From Epiperipatus broadwayi (lineage: Eukaryota; Animalia; Onychophora): DNA of 64,000 nucleotides. Below the pieces are notes generated by a model. It did not search any database and was not told the origin of the DNA. It saw nothing but the letters and a program-made list of their open reading frames with translations. Location: assembly GCA_028023455.1 (NCBI GenBank), contig JAQFVV010000010.1, positions 10,416,001 through 10,480,000 on the forward strand, given 5' to 3'. Every line of letters begins with the position of its first letter. Within the stretch, counting starts at the first letter, position 1. Positions 11,521 to 25,200 of the stretch are shown here, in pieces. The position numbers were made by a program, and so were the translations under genes.

Positions 11521-14227
11521 CAGTGGTGGTGAACCTTTTTATATGTGAGTGCCAAAAATTTCAAAAAATATTTATTGAATAATTGGTGTGCAATACAGTT
11601 ATTAAATCAAAATATAAATAACTTAATTATTGCAGTTTTTTTAAAAGTTTATAAAATAAAATAACAATAATAATTAAATAAAATTTCTAAATAAGCTATA
11701 TACAAGTGAACGATATTTATATAGAAGAGCACAAGTTGAATGAAATGTAATAGTAAAAAAATAATAGTAATTAAAACAAAATTTTGGAAATGAACATATA
11801 AAATCAAAATAAATCGATATTATTTAATGAAAATTTTGTTCTTGTACATTGGATGCCAAATGTTTTATATCTGGTTCATATTTTGTCATTTTTAATAATA
11901 TACATGCTAACTAGATTTATCTAATTCTATTTCTTGAACTGTCTTTAAGTAAATTGATAATACAGCGGTCATCAATTTTTTTAAACAATTAAATGTTTCA
12001 GGAATAGCATTTCAGGCAGTCACTAGTTCCTCTTTAGTATTCTTTTTACATATATCCAATAATCGATCATTTTCCATTGTTTCTAACTCATTCCTCAAAT
12101 CAACAAATTTCTGTTTCTATATAGAACTGGATTGAATATCAATTGATTGCATTTCCACATCTTCCAAATTAAGCCACTCAACATTTTCTAACTTGAGACT
12201 ATCCATTGATATTATGTCTGGGTATAAAATAAATTTTGATGTTTCTGAAAATTGTCTGATCTGTGTAAATCTTAAAGAAAATTCATCAATTATTGATTGA
12301 ATAATAGCACAAAAGTCTTGCATCAATATTACTTGATCTGGCTTTTCATGAGATTTTAAATCAGCCAAGAACTTTTTTAGATTTGAAAAATATTTGAAAG
12401 TGTAAAAAATAACATCATAGTTGAAAATTTGTAATTTAACTTCAAATGCTTTGATCAAATCAAACATGACAACAATTGTCTTATTACAACCTTGCAGTTT
12501 CACATAGATGTGAACACATATCAGTAAAAAATATTGATTTTGAAAACCATTCAACATCCATTAATTCATTATATTTTCCAATGACTTTCTCATTAAGTAA
12601 AAACAGCCTAATTTCACCTAAACACTCAAGTGAATCTTTGAAGAACTTTTCTTTGACTTAACCACATTGTTGTACATAAGAAAGGCATTGTATACTGAGT
12701 TTATCTCACTCAATATGTAGATATAAAATTGACTAACTTAGACACAATATTCATAACAATATCCAGTGCCTTAAATCTGACTTTTGTGCATAAAACCTGC
12801 TGATGTATAATGCAATGAAAACCCAAAATTGAATGTCCAATACATTTGGTAAATAAACTAAAAAAAAACATTTTCTTTTCCAGTCATAAACACTATCTGT
12901 AGTTACTGATACAATTTGGCAACATTTATTTATTTTTCATTGCAAATATCTATTCCTTTTGTTGTTGTTACTAATGATGTTAAACTGATTAATTCTTATT
13001 TGATATTATTCCCAATACTATAGTGAATAAAAATAGCCAAATGAGCTGATCCATTTATGTCTGTACTTTCATCAAGGCAGAGAGAAATTAAAGTAGATTT
13101 TATATCTCTTTTTGTTGATAAGTTATGATGTTAGCCATTTGCAGAATTCTTTCTTTAACTATTTCTAGCCAATGGTAAATATTTTATGCTCTGAATAATT
13201 TTTGCTTTGTTTTCAAAATATTCAAAAAGAACTGGTGCACATTTTATCCAAGCCTCTTTCATATATTCTCCATCATTAAAAAGTTTTTCGTACTTGGCAA
13301 TTACATTTGAAATATAAAAACTAGCAGCAGTTATATTTGAATGATTTTCAATAAATGTCATTATAGATGTTGATTGAATATTTATATTTTTAAATGCTTG
13401 GGCAATATATTCTTTTTGTTCATTTACTTTTTTCACAGAGTGATTTTTGATTGGTCTCATAATGCTATTTTACTGATGTTCTCAAAACAACTATTCCAGA
13501 ACATAAAATACATCCTGCCCTGATGCCTTTGTTAATCATTCTGTACACATCAGCTCACCAATTTTGAAATTCTCTACTGCTTGACAATTTTTTGTTTTTT
13601 ATTTTCACTTGTCATATTAATACAAATGTAACAAATTTATTTAAAATGAAATTTAAATGAGCTTTAATAATTTTATAAATCAAAAATTTATTGTATATTA
13701 AAATTTATTATTATCCTTATAGTTCACTTTTACAGCAAAACTTCAAGCTAAAAAAAAACATCATTTGATGGCATTGATTACGCATTTCTTTGCTTTGTTC
13801 GTGATATTGATTACATTAAAATAAATGAATGGTGTAGATGAAAAAAGATTAGGACAGAAAACCATTTGATTACTTTTACTTTAGATTTGAAAAAAATTTC
13901 TTCAAAGAATTATAAAATATTTTACTGAGTTTACTTTCTAGTTCATTGGAATCATTTGACTGGTTTATAAAATATGATACCACAGTATATCGGTACCACT
14001 TTATTTGATATCATAATTTATTGCTTCTAGTTAGAGTTCAATTGCAAATTGAATTCTAGTATAATATTTATTTATTTTACCTTTAGTTTACAGTAAATTT
14101 TTATTAATACAGATTTTAGCAACAAAAAAAATATTTAAGAAAATTATGATTTATAAATAGTTCGCATGCCAGTAAAAAATTCAAATGTACTATCTCTGGC
14201 ATGCATGCCATAGGTTCACCATCACTG
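11521..14227 (-). mobile_element. hAT transposon (Charlie/Buster/SPIN-like) with degenerate transposase
   Basis: 15-bp TIRs CAGTGGTGGTGAACC / GGTTCACCATCACTG; flanks TTCTAGCG / TTCTATGG. Transposase motifs SFYISNVIAK..LFNDGEYMKE, ISLCLDESTDI, HCIIHQQVLC. Confidence 0.88.
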
Positions 14228-17200
14228 TTCTATGGGATCCTGTCAACTGTGCCAAATCGTTGTGTTCTGACACTTTATGGAATCATGATTATCTATAAGT
14301 ACAAAAGCATAGATACATTTCATGATTTATTATTCATAAATAATTATATCAATAAATATAGTATAATAAATGCCATTCTGGGCTCGATTGTTTCTGTCTT
14401 CAGATTCCAGATTATATAACAGGATCCTACAGTTTGTACTACTATAGCTGTGTGAGCTTAGTCTTCAGCATGGATATGGGTTGCTTGATCTGCTTTAGTT
14501 TTCTGATGCTAATAGACTCCAATTGTTGCTCTGGTTGCATGATACTGTTGTCTACTCTTCGGTGTCTTTTCTCTGATCAGCTCTGACAATGTGCTAGATC
14601 ATTGTGGTAGACTTAAATCGCTACATGATATCAACATTATATGCTCATACAATATTATAGTAATATGTGGATTACTTTACTTCTGTTAAGCATATAGACC
14701 TGTATAGACAATTTCAGCATATTGCATGACGTTATTCATGCTGCTCTAGTGGAAGTGCATCCTCACTTCTATGCTGACCCTTTTGATATTTGCTCATGCT
14801 TTGGTTAGCACTTGTATACTTCTTTCTTTTGTTCCCGTTGTTCGTTGTTTGGCTCGGAAGGGGTTTGCTGAGTTCGAAACTTTGAGTTCACAAATTTTTT
14901 TTTTATGTTCATTTAAGTTTTGTTTTTTGCCGAATGGTGTTTAATATCACCTTAGTTTTTATAGTATCTACCCTTTAAACTTTTTTATTACGGGGGCAGT
15001 CGGGTGGTCTGGGCATTCTTTGTTAGTGGAAATAGTGTTTGATTGTGAAGGAATACTACAACTTACACGGAGCAGTCGCCCAAGTGGAGGAGGTTTTACC
15101 GCCCAGAAACGGGAGAATAGCCCTTAGAAAAAGGCCACGTCCGGGTAAATAATAGGTTGGGTGAAGGGTGGAAGCCTAAGTAGGGGAAAAGCATAGACAG
15201 AACCCAGGCGAAGAAATCAGACCAGGTGGGGTACAACAACCAAGGTTTAAAACAACGAGGGGGGTAAGTGAGGAGGAGGTAAAAGCCAAAGCAAGGTTCT
15301 TACTTTAGAATAAGATTGACACAACCTAAAGCCAAGCAAACCAACCACACAACCCCCAATTGCAAACACCAAAACCCAAGGCCAAGTGGGTTCGGCGGCC
15401 AAAAGCCCGTCAAAGTTACCCACTTTAGTTCGTTGCTAAATGAAGACCCCGGCAAAGGGGGCACGGGGTGAGCCATGAGCGGTGTTGCGGGAGTGAACAA
15501 AACTGGTTCATCGGGCCCCTGGCGGGTCCCGGGGAACTCCCAGCAGAGAGGGTTGTTCCTAGTATATGAACGTTGTTCGAGCTGTTATTTTGGCGGGAAA
15601 AAAAAGCAAAACAGCCACCGGCCAAACGGTGGGCGAAATTGGACAGGACACAAAAGCCTATATCGGTCATACGGAGCCTAAAGGGGCAGTAGCCCCGAAA
15701 TCTTCATTTGCCACAATTAGAAAATAAAACCACCGACAGCCAGATTTTTCCTATCCTTAATTTCCTTTTTTTTCCTCTTTATTTTTTTTTTAGTATATCT
15801 TTATATCTTTATTCGTCTAATTTTTATTTCTCACCCTTCCCTCTTTTTATTTTTTCTTCTTAGGTTCTTTTTTTTTTATATATTTTTGGTTTTTATGGGT
15901 TTTTTTTATTTTCCTATTGCGTGGTGTCAATATATATTATTTTATAGCGCCCTAAACTTTATTCTATCAACTTTATTTTACACGGTTTATTTTTTTTATT
16001 GGTATATATTTTATTCTCCCCTCTTTCTATTATATCAAGTGAAGGTATTCTATTCTTGTATGTTTGGAGGGGTCTTATTTGCTATATTTTTGTTATCTTT
16101 GTTTATTGTTGTCGTGGTGGTTTTTATTCGTTTCCTTTTGTGTTGGCTTGCCGGTCGGTATTTTGTTTTTTATTTTGGGGCCCCGCTTTTTTCTTTTTTA
16201 CCCGTGCTTTGGTGGTTATTACTCCTTTTCCATATTTTAAGCAAATGTTTGTTTCTGTGTTGGGTTCCTTTGTAATTGGTATATTTTCATTTTTTTTTTT
16301 TTTGGGGGGGGGAGACAGTTTCAATATGGATATGTTGGCTAACGCTTTTTTTTTATTTGTTAGATATTATCTTTTTAAAAATTTTTTATTTATTTTTGTT
16401 TTTCTTCTATTTTTTATGTTATTTGGGCTATGTTTATTTTTTGTTGTTTTTATGTTTATTCTTTGGGTGTCTCCCGTTTTTGTTTAGTTTTCTATCTGGT
16501 GTTGGTTGGGTTTGTTCTTTGGTTCGTGGTTTGGTCCGTGTTTGGGGGTTTTTGTGACATATCTATCAAATACCGATATATATATTGGCCCCTTTAGTGT
16601 GAAAATTAGAAATATATCAAGTAGTTTGATTTTTGAAATTTATATTTTTTTGTCTGTTTTAGTGGTGTTTTCCTCCCCCTATCTTAACAGGTGATAAACA
16701 TCAAAGCTATATTCCCAGGAATTATAGTTGGAAAAAATTGAGTGATATTAAGGAGAGAGGTGTGGTTAAAAAGATTATAGATATATATGAAATAGGTTAG
16801 TGGACTCATCCTCTTCAATTTTTGTCAGATTCAGTGGTGTGGGTATCGAAAATAGATGTTGTGTAGAGAGTGGAATGATCTGTGGGGGTTAGGGGTAATT
16901 ATGTAGGATGATGAATAAAAGGGATATTTTATATAAGAAATGAATATAATTGATTTGATTTGATATTTTGGGTTTTGTGATTTGTATTATAATTGAAAAG
17001 AGAGAGAGTTTATATTTTGATAATGAGGTATTAAATTGATTAATTTATTATTAATTTATATTGTTATATTATATTATTTAAATTTTGTTTATATATTGAT
17101 TATAAGGTGTGGTTTTAATTATTTTATTGTATTGAATATTATATAAAGCAACTTTACAGATTTTTACGGTATATATTGTAGCATACTTCTATATTCTCTC

Positions 17201-17489
17201 TTGATAACCTTGCTAACTTATAACTAGAATATTTACACTCTTCCTTTAGATTCAGGAGGTAAATAAACTATTATGAAAGCTGTCACTTACTTTGCTTTAC
17301 ATCAAAGATTATATTCTTCAAGCAATTAATGCTTTTGTCTCTGACTAAAAATGATTAACAACTTTTACTTTAAACATCACATGACCACCACTTCTTATGC
17401 TTGTGTATAACTTTAGCTTGCTGGGTGTGGCAATATATATATAGTGAGTTTTTGCCTGTTTTAACAACTTTTACATTACCTTATACTTA

Positions 17490-17609
17490 GCAAAACTCCT
17501 CCCACAAGCAACAACCTTGATAGAGTTTCTGCTTTGTAGGTTCCAAAGGCAAAACCCTTCCCACAAGCAATAATATTGATAGAGAATTTCTGCTTTGTAG
17601 GTTCCAAAG
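17490..17609 (+). repeat. Two-copy tandem duplication, about 60 bp unit
   Basis: AAAAC..CCCACAAGCAA....TTGATAGAG..TTTCTGCTTTGTAGGTTCCAAAGG occurs twice. Confidence 0.8.
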
Positions 17610-19094
17610 GAGAATTAGATAATAAATAAAAAAACTTGTATATCAATTCTGTTAACTTTCAGGTTTAATTGCAATAATTTATGTTAAAGTTATTCAATGT
17701 GTCATCAAATACAGAAATAACTTAAAAATTAATCTTATTTCTATACAACTGTATATGGCATATCCAAAATATTAGTTTTTGTATTTCTAAGCTAGAGTAA
17801 ACCCATGCTAGCTACCGCTGCATATGTGAAGCAATTCTTATATTATTAATTGTATTTCTAATTGTATCTAATTCCGTCATTAGACTAAAGTCTCATTTAA
17901 CTAACATCTTGTCTAACTCGTAATTTTTCATTAGATAATGATAAATAATTAATTGACGAAATACAATCTTGAAATTATGCACGTCATTACTGATAAATTC
18001 CTGGTGATGCTGTTATGCTCTGAACTTGAAAAGAACAATTGTCTTATTCTTAATAATTTCAAAAGACCAACTTAAGCTTGTGATTTCTAAGGTAGACATT
18101 GTTTACATAAAATTTGAATATCAATTATCATAAATTGTAATAATCACGAATCTTTTTCTTAATGCAAACATATTAAAAATCCTCAATAGAATAATTATAT
18201 CCAAAGTAATCTGAACGTCATGTTTCTGCTCAAGATAAAAGTAGATTTGTTATGTCGTATTGTTTTTAAGGATTTGATTGCAAATTCAGTTAATAGAAAT
18301 ATTTTGTCATTTAATTTTTCAGAAAATAGATAAAAATTGTTTTCAAAAAGTTTTTGGATTTTCTCTATTTTACAATGGATTGAGAAAAAGGTTGCATTTT
18401 TTCTGTTATTCTAGCTATATGGAAATAATTGGGTATATATTATCCGCTAGTAATTATTATTAACAACAAAAAAAAGCTTGCTTATAATGAGTTTTGTTAT
18501 GATGGCCTTGGAAAAAAATTAGTTTTCGCAGATATTAAGTGTTAATGATTAATGGGTTGCTTAGAGTATTGGTTGACTTAAATTAGACGTTGCTAAGAAC
18601 GTGATAAAAAAATTATTAATAAAATAAAAACACTGTACATTAGCTTTTGTCTTCAATAAACTTTAACAGTTACTCTATTCTTCGCGATAAATTTTAGCTC
18701 TAAGCAAAACTGCACTTCATTACTAAATTTTTATAATTAAATATCTAAACAAATTCTAGAAAATGTTAGTACAGTAATAGCCAAACATCATGAACGTTGG
18801 CATTAATTATCATGATAACAGATTTCGTCAGTCACATCAATTAATAATCTCAACTAATAGATATATTTATCATTCTAATTTAAAAATTAAATTATTACTG
18901 GTTGAGATAATATATAAAGGTTTAAAAACGTTTTGTTTCAAGACCCCAGTAATAATTTTAAATGTCAAATAAATTTTATCATTTAATACTTAAAATATTT
19001 TTCCCCACAATATAATTTTTTTAACTTTTACAAAAGCAGAAATAATATCAAGCGAATTATTTTAGTTTTGATAAATTTCTTCTGTATTAGCGTA

Positions 19095-19231
19095 ATGGCG
19101 CGCCAAAGTAAACAGAAATCTAGAAAAAAATTTAAAAGTAACAAAAAGCACACACAAAAGTACGTGCATGATACAAAATTTAAGAGTAAAAAGGCAAAAG
19201 TTTTCGAAAAATTTAATCATATAAATGTAAA
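19095..19231 (+). CDS. UTP25: UTP25 exon 1 (basic, Lys-rich N-terminus [14 protein letters not shown]...)
   Basis: ATG in a CpG-retaining region; open frame; GTAAGT donor; phase fits exon 2. Confidence 0.72.
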
Positions 19232-22200
19232 GTAAGTTTTCGTCATTTTTTTTTAATGAAATTTCTAACTGCACGTGGTCTATTTGCCTGTACTGTTTAA
19301 AAATAAATTAAAACTCGTTCATTCCCTACTGGCTTCTCCGAATAAATTTTAGTATATTATTAGGATTTATGCCTTTAGATAATAAAACATTTGTGTACTT
19401 TAACTAATCTCAAATGTCTTAATTAAATATACGCTTTATTATACGTTTATGTTATTTTAAGTATAAAAACAATTAAATTTGCCACATGTTGGAATAAAAA
19501 CTTTTCGTGATAACTAATATATTTATATTGAAAAATTTTCGGATTGAAATAAGTCCATAATAATTTAATACTGTACTGAATTATGTACCAAATCATCAAA
19601 CATATTTTACTTAAAAATAATCCAATTCCTGATATCTTTCAATACAGTTCCTGCATGGCCCAATTTTCGAAGCTATTTGTCAAGATTGTCCTGTTTAGTC
19701 TTACAACGTTTATACATTGAGCAGCATATTTCTAGATATTGTTACTTACCTGCAAATTTCATTAAAGCAATTCTTAGTTTAATTTGTTCTTGGTAAAGAG
19801 AGATTCTTTAAAGAAATTTTTGAAAGTGATTCCACGATTCACTTTTACATTGTTTTCTTCTCAGAATTGGGTCTTACATTTGGAAACTGTATTCAGTAGT
19901 TTAGTTTATTTTATACTATAAAAATTTCCATTTTTGTAAGTATTTGTGTTCAAAATAATTTTAAAGATTAAAATATAAAATAGCTATGTCAAGCGTTGTT
20001 GGCCAGTAGTTAGCATAGCTGCCTTCCAAGCAGCTAGCCTGGGTTCGCTTCCCAGCGCATTTGACGTATGAAAAAAATATATATAAAAAATTGCTATGAG
20101 TTCAACATTTATGAAAATATGATACTTCATCCATCACTAGTGAAGACTGCATCATGTAACATTTTTTTATTTTCACAGTTTGCACATCAACACTCAAATG
20201 ATCAAACCATTTTGTTCAGGTTACAAGCAGCCATAAGATTTTTCTTTCAGGTAGATTGCCAATAGACAACTCAGCTAGTCATTCAATAATTGTTAGTAAA
20301 TAAGTAATTACATCAAGTGATTTGCTGTCATATTAAACGTAAAAGTTTCCTCCACATTAAAATGTTTTGATATTGCTGTTGAAATTATACATTTTTATTA
20401 TTCAGTATTTTATTTATCAATACTTTTTTTTTTCCTAATTGAATAGTCTGATTATTTCACAGATCTTAATTTTTAACCCATTTTTTCTGTGTATGATTGG
20501 TATATTCAAACAATAATCACAGACTTTTCATCACCAAGTTATTGTTATCAATGAAAAAATCTTTTATTTTTGTAAATATGCTCTCATAATTGATGCAGCA
20601 AGACAGTAATATAATTCTATTGCATAACATTTTTTTTATTTGACAAATTGTCTTTTGTAACTTTTTATCTAAAATATGTTAAATTTGTAAACATCACTTT
20701 TATTGTAAATATGGAATATTAGAATAAATTTTGTTAATGGGATGGTTGATGGAGAACATGATACAAATATATATTGAAGAATTTGGTTTCAAATACATTA
20801 ATCCAATGTTTTTAAATATTTTAATATCTGAGTTTCATATAATAAGTTGTTTAAAGAACATTCAATCTTACATTTTATTATTTTCAGTGCATGTTTAATT
20901 GTTTGTTTCCAATATATTTTGATTGGCTAGCACTCTTCTTTATGGCTATAATGACAATATATTATATAATACTAAATCATCCATGCATTTTACTACTGTT
21001 ACATAATGCTTTATTTACCACCCTCGTTTACAGTTTCGATTACCCCAGCAATCTTCTTCAGAACTTTTATATCTCCGAACTTCAACTGCTAAATTCAAAT
21101 TTAAACAAATAAATAAGTGCATGGATGATTTAGTATTATATGATATACATTTGGCAATGTAATAAGAAATATTAGACAATATATTAATTTGTTATAAAAT
21201 ACAAGGTGTATTACAAAATTGCATTTCATAAAAAAAAAAGAAAGAAAATTAAAACAATGTATTAAATATAAATTTCAGCATCTGAATGATGGTATAAACA
21301 ATTTTATTCTGTTATTTGAATTGTTTGTTTTTTTCCACTTTATTTAGTTGACATTTTATTTAAGAACTTTTAACACTACTCTATAATTACACTTAATATC
21401 ATATGTATATATTAACAATGTGTTTATAAGTAAGATTGCTACCCATTCAAAATATTGGGGGGGGGGGGGGCATTAAAAAAGGCATTGAAAATAATATAAT
21501 GTGAGATTAAACTTTTTAAAAGAACATGATAGAAAATATAAAGAATGAAAGAAAATAAATGAAAATCAGTTGCAAGGAAATTGAACTTTATATACATATA
21601 TATTTTACTATTTTTTCCTTTATCCTGAAATATGATTTTGGTAAGTGTTTGAGAACTGCTTTTGGACAGAGAATATAGTCTTGATTATTTTTTCTCATGT
21701 TGTGGAATTGTTATTCTTATCCTATAAGTATACTTTTTAGATACTTAAATTGAAAAGCAGTATTATTTTGGGTTTCTAAAAAAGTTACTTATGACTGACA
21801 TATGCAGTAGTGACATTTTTCTTTACTTTGTATTCTATTCTAGGTGAATATTTTTATTTTTTTAAATAAGCCTTAAAAATTTATTCAATTTTAATATTAT
21901 TTTCATTTGATTAATAGTATGTTTTTATTACTAATAATTTACCTGCTTAACCCTCACCAACTGGTACTTCAGTAGAATAATGAGCAATGTATTTTCTACT
22001 ATTTCTTAACTTTTTTTTTTTTTAAGACTATTTCTTAACTTTTGTGGAGAAATATATATATTTTAAATATATTTTCATGGTCTTACCGATTTAACACGAT
22101 TTTTCCATGTACTTTCATAGATAATTTATATATATATATATAATGTAATGAAATAAAGTACCAGTTAAAAATAATCATTGCAAACTGAAATTATGAAATT

Positions 22201-25200
22201 TAATAAATAGTGTTTATCTAAACTATTTTAAATTTATTAATCTAGATTATATAAGGGTTTTAGTTCAGATATTAATACTCTATATATGTAAAAATTGAAA
22301 ATATTACAATTTTCCAAATATTTGAACAGTATAATAAGATTCTTTTGTAAAGAGCTATAGATTTTGAATATAATCTTGGATAATAAATTAAAATAAATTC
22401 GCTTTTAGTTTAAAATAGTTCAAACAAATATATTTCAAGATGATATAATTTCAGTTTACAGGATTTATTTTTGATATTTTGCTTCATTACATTATCGCTG
22501 AAAGTTATCTATAAAAATATAAAGAAAAATCCTCTTAAATATTACCATTTAAATCTATAAAACTAAAAATCTTTTATTTGAACTTTGTAGAAGAATCTTA
22601 TTTGATTGTGAAAATGTTTGGGAAATTACTATATTTCCAACTTTCTGTCACTCATGTAAATATTAATGTCCGAATTATAACTCTTATATAACTTTGAAAA
22701 ATAAGTTAAAAGTTGATTCATTTTTAATTTAAAATAGTTCAGTTAAATACTGCCTACTAGATGCATAATTTCATTTTACACTATTTTTTACTCTTACTTT
22801 AGTTCATTATAAAATTATTTATAAAAGTACATAAAAAAATCCTATTAAAAATATCATTTAAATCTTTAAGACCATGATAATCTTCTCTTTAAAATATATC
22901 TCTTATTGGGAAAAATGAAAAATATTTGAGAAAATTATTACACATAAAACATTAATTGTCTGAAGTGTAATCCTTGTGTACTATTGGGTTATAAGCTGAA
23001 AATTAATTTACTTTTAGTTTAAAGTAGTTTAAGCATGATGGCATCATTTCAGTTTTCAATGCTTATTTTTAATTGGTGTTTTACTTCATTACATCATAAT
23101 TGAAAATTATCGAAAAAAATTTGGAAAATGTGGAAGAAATAATAATCTTCAAATGTGCATACTATATTAAATAATTCTTTAAAATTCAATGTAATATATT
23201 AATCAAACAAAAAATGAATTATTATGGTATATGCATTTAAAGGTTAGTATTTCATAAGCATCACATATTCTCAGTATGATATATTTAATAGTTATTAAGC
23301 CACTAAACATCACACGATCATTATTTCCTATGCTTATGCAAGCTGTTAAAACAGTAGCAAAGTCTCCATACAGTAGTTCCATTCATTGTAAGCCATAATA
23401 ATCAATGGATGCTAAGTTTGTGCATAAAATCCCTTACTTCTATTCCCAGACTAGTTTCTAGCTTGTGGAGCTTTCATCAGTGAAGAAGAACACTGCACCT
23501 ACATCTTTAGATTTAATACAACCCTCTCTCAGCCACCTTTTACCTATTTAGATAAGCTAAGAGCCCAAAATGGAAAGCACAAATAATGTTTTCACTTCAA
23601 GCTAACTGGCTTGTATAATCATAAATATCAAGCCCCAATTCAGTATTTATACATTTTGTTTTTTTTTTTGTTCTTCCTGTGGGCAGGATTGGTATTAAAT
23701 CACTAAATATCAAATGATCACCATTTCCAAAGCTTACACAAGCTGTTAAAATAGTAGCAAACATTCCATACAATGGATGCTAGAAGGTTTGTGCATAAAA
23801 TTCCTACCTAATGCCTATTCATCCAATATCACAAAATGTATAGATATTTAACTGGGGTCAGATCTGTAAGACTACACAAACTAGTTAGCTTAGATTGAAA
23901 ACATTATTGTGTGTTTGTTTTGGGCTCCTGGCTTTATAATTAGGTAATATAGAAAAAAAAGGTGGCTGCCGGAGGATTGCATTAATCAAAGATCCTGTTA
24001 CAATGCTCTCAGATCCAGGACCTCTTACTGATCCAAAGCCACAAGCTAGAAATTAGTCTGGTGATATTGGGTGAATAGGTACCAGATAGAGATTTTATGC
24101 ACTGTGTGATATTACTATACTGAGAGTTTGCTACTGTTTTAATAGCTTGTGTAAGCATAGGAAATGGTGATCATGAGATATAATGCTTTAATACCAATCC
24201 TGCCCATAGGATGATGGTGATTATTATTATTAATAAATCAAAGACACTAAAATATATAGATACTGGACTGGATTCAGATCTGTATGACTATATAAACTCC
24301 TAGCTTTATAGTTAATTAAACAGATAAAAGGTGGCTGCTGGAGTGTTGCATTAGATCTGAAGATTTAGGTGAAGTGCTCTCAGATCCAAGGCTCCACTGA
24401 TGAAAGTCACAAGCTAGAAACTAGTCTGGAGATGTTGGATGAGTAGGCACCAGATGATTACTATGACTTGCATTGAATGGCTCTACTTTATGGAGAATTT
24501 ACTACAGTTTTAATATTTGATAGTTGTTGTTTATTTATATAATAACTACATTTAAATTTATAAGTATATGATTTGTTTCTATTTAGCTAATGATTAAGAT
24601 TTTATTAGATGATTTTGTAATTGCTAATTTTGGAAAAATAAGTAATGAAATTATGGGCCAAGGGTAAACATGTTTATGATATCTTTGATGTAAGATAATT
24701 AGCATTTGTCATCCCCAAATAGATTCTTCTGGTTTTGGAATTATGTGCAATGGCATCGAGGGATATGCCAGCTACTGATCAGGTTTTTTTGAAACTAAAG
24801 ATTTTGTCTTGGGCCTTTTTATTTCATTGTTAATTTTCAGGTATTTGCAATTATGGTAGCATTTAAAAGAATTTTAGTTTAATTTGCTAAATAGAAAATA
24901 TATTAATACTTTAATTAAGTAGTATATATATATATATAATAAGAGCAGTTCCTTGCTCTCTTCTCTACTACCATTTATTATAAAGTTGAGTAATCATTGA
25001 TTACTATATGATAGTGCAGTCTGGTGATGGGGATTAAATTGCATTGACATCTTGTAACCACTGATTACTCACACTTATAATAATTTATACTAAAGTAGAG
25101 AAAGAAAACTGCTGCTGTTTAAAAAATTACAATAAGCTGAAAGAATCAAATAATGTTGTGCGACAATCCATATGTTATATGTATACTTATTTATACACAG

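Larger units (their letters stand above)
23297..24512. mobile_element. HHR repeat family A (retrozyme-like), locus 1: minus block 23297-23832 plus sense block 23833-24512
   Basis: Tandem units with HHRs at 23443-23487(-), 24022-24062(+) and 24392-24431(+). Flanking near-duplication ATATTTAATAGTTATT (23281-23296) / ATATTTGATAGTTGTT (24513-24528). Confidence 0.85.

Noticed and set aside
14950-17130. Cluster of overlapping ORFs (15300-16694), Phe/Leu-rich or Pro/Gly-rich
   Set aside because: Strongly strand-skewed, homopolymer-laden low-complexity sequence with no recognisable motif. It looks like a poorly polished assembly segment or decayed repeat, and the ORFs are compositional artefacts.
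19620-19900. Possible antisense exon ending CAG/GTAAGT at about 19752 on the minus strand
   Set aside because: Short frame bounded by stops, no recognisable protein and no partner exons found.
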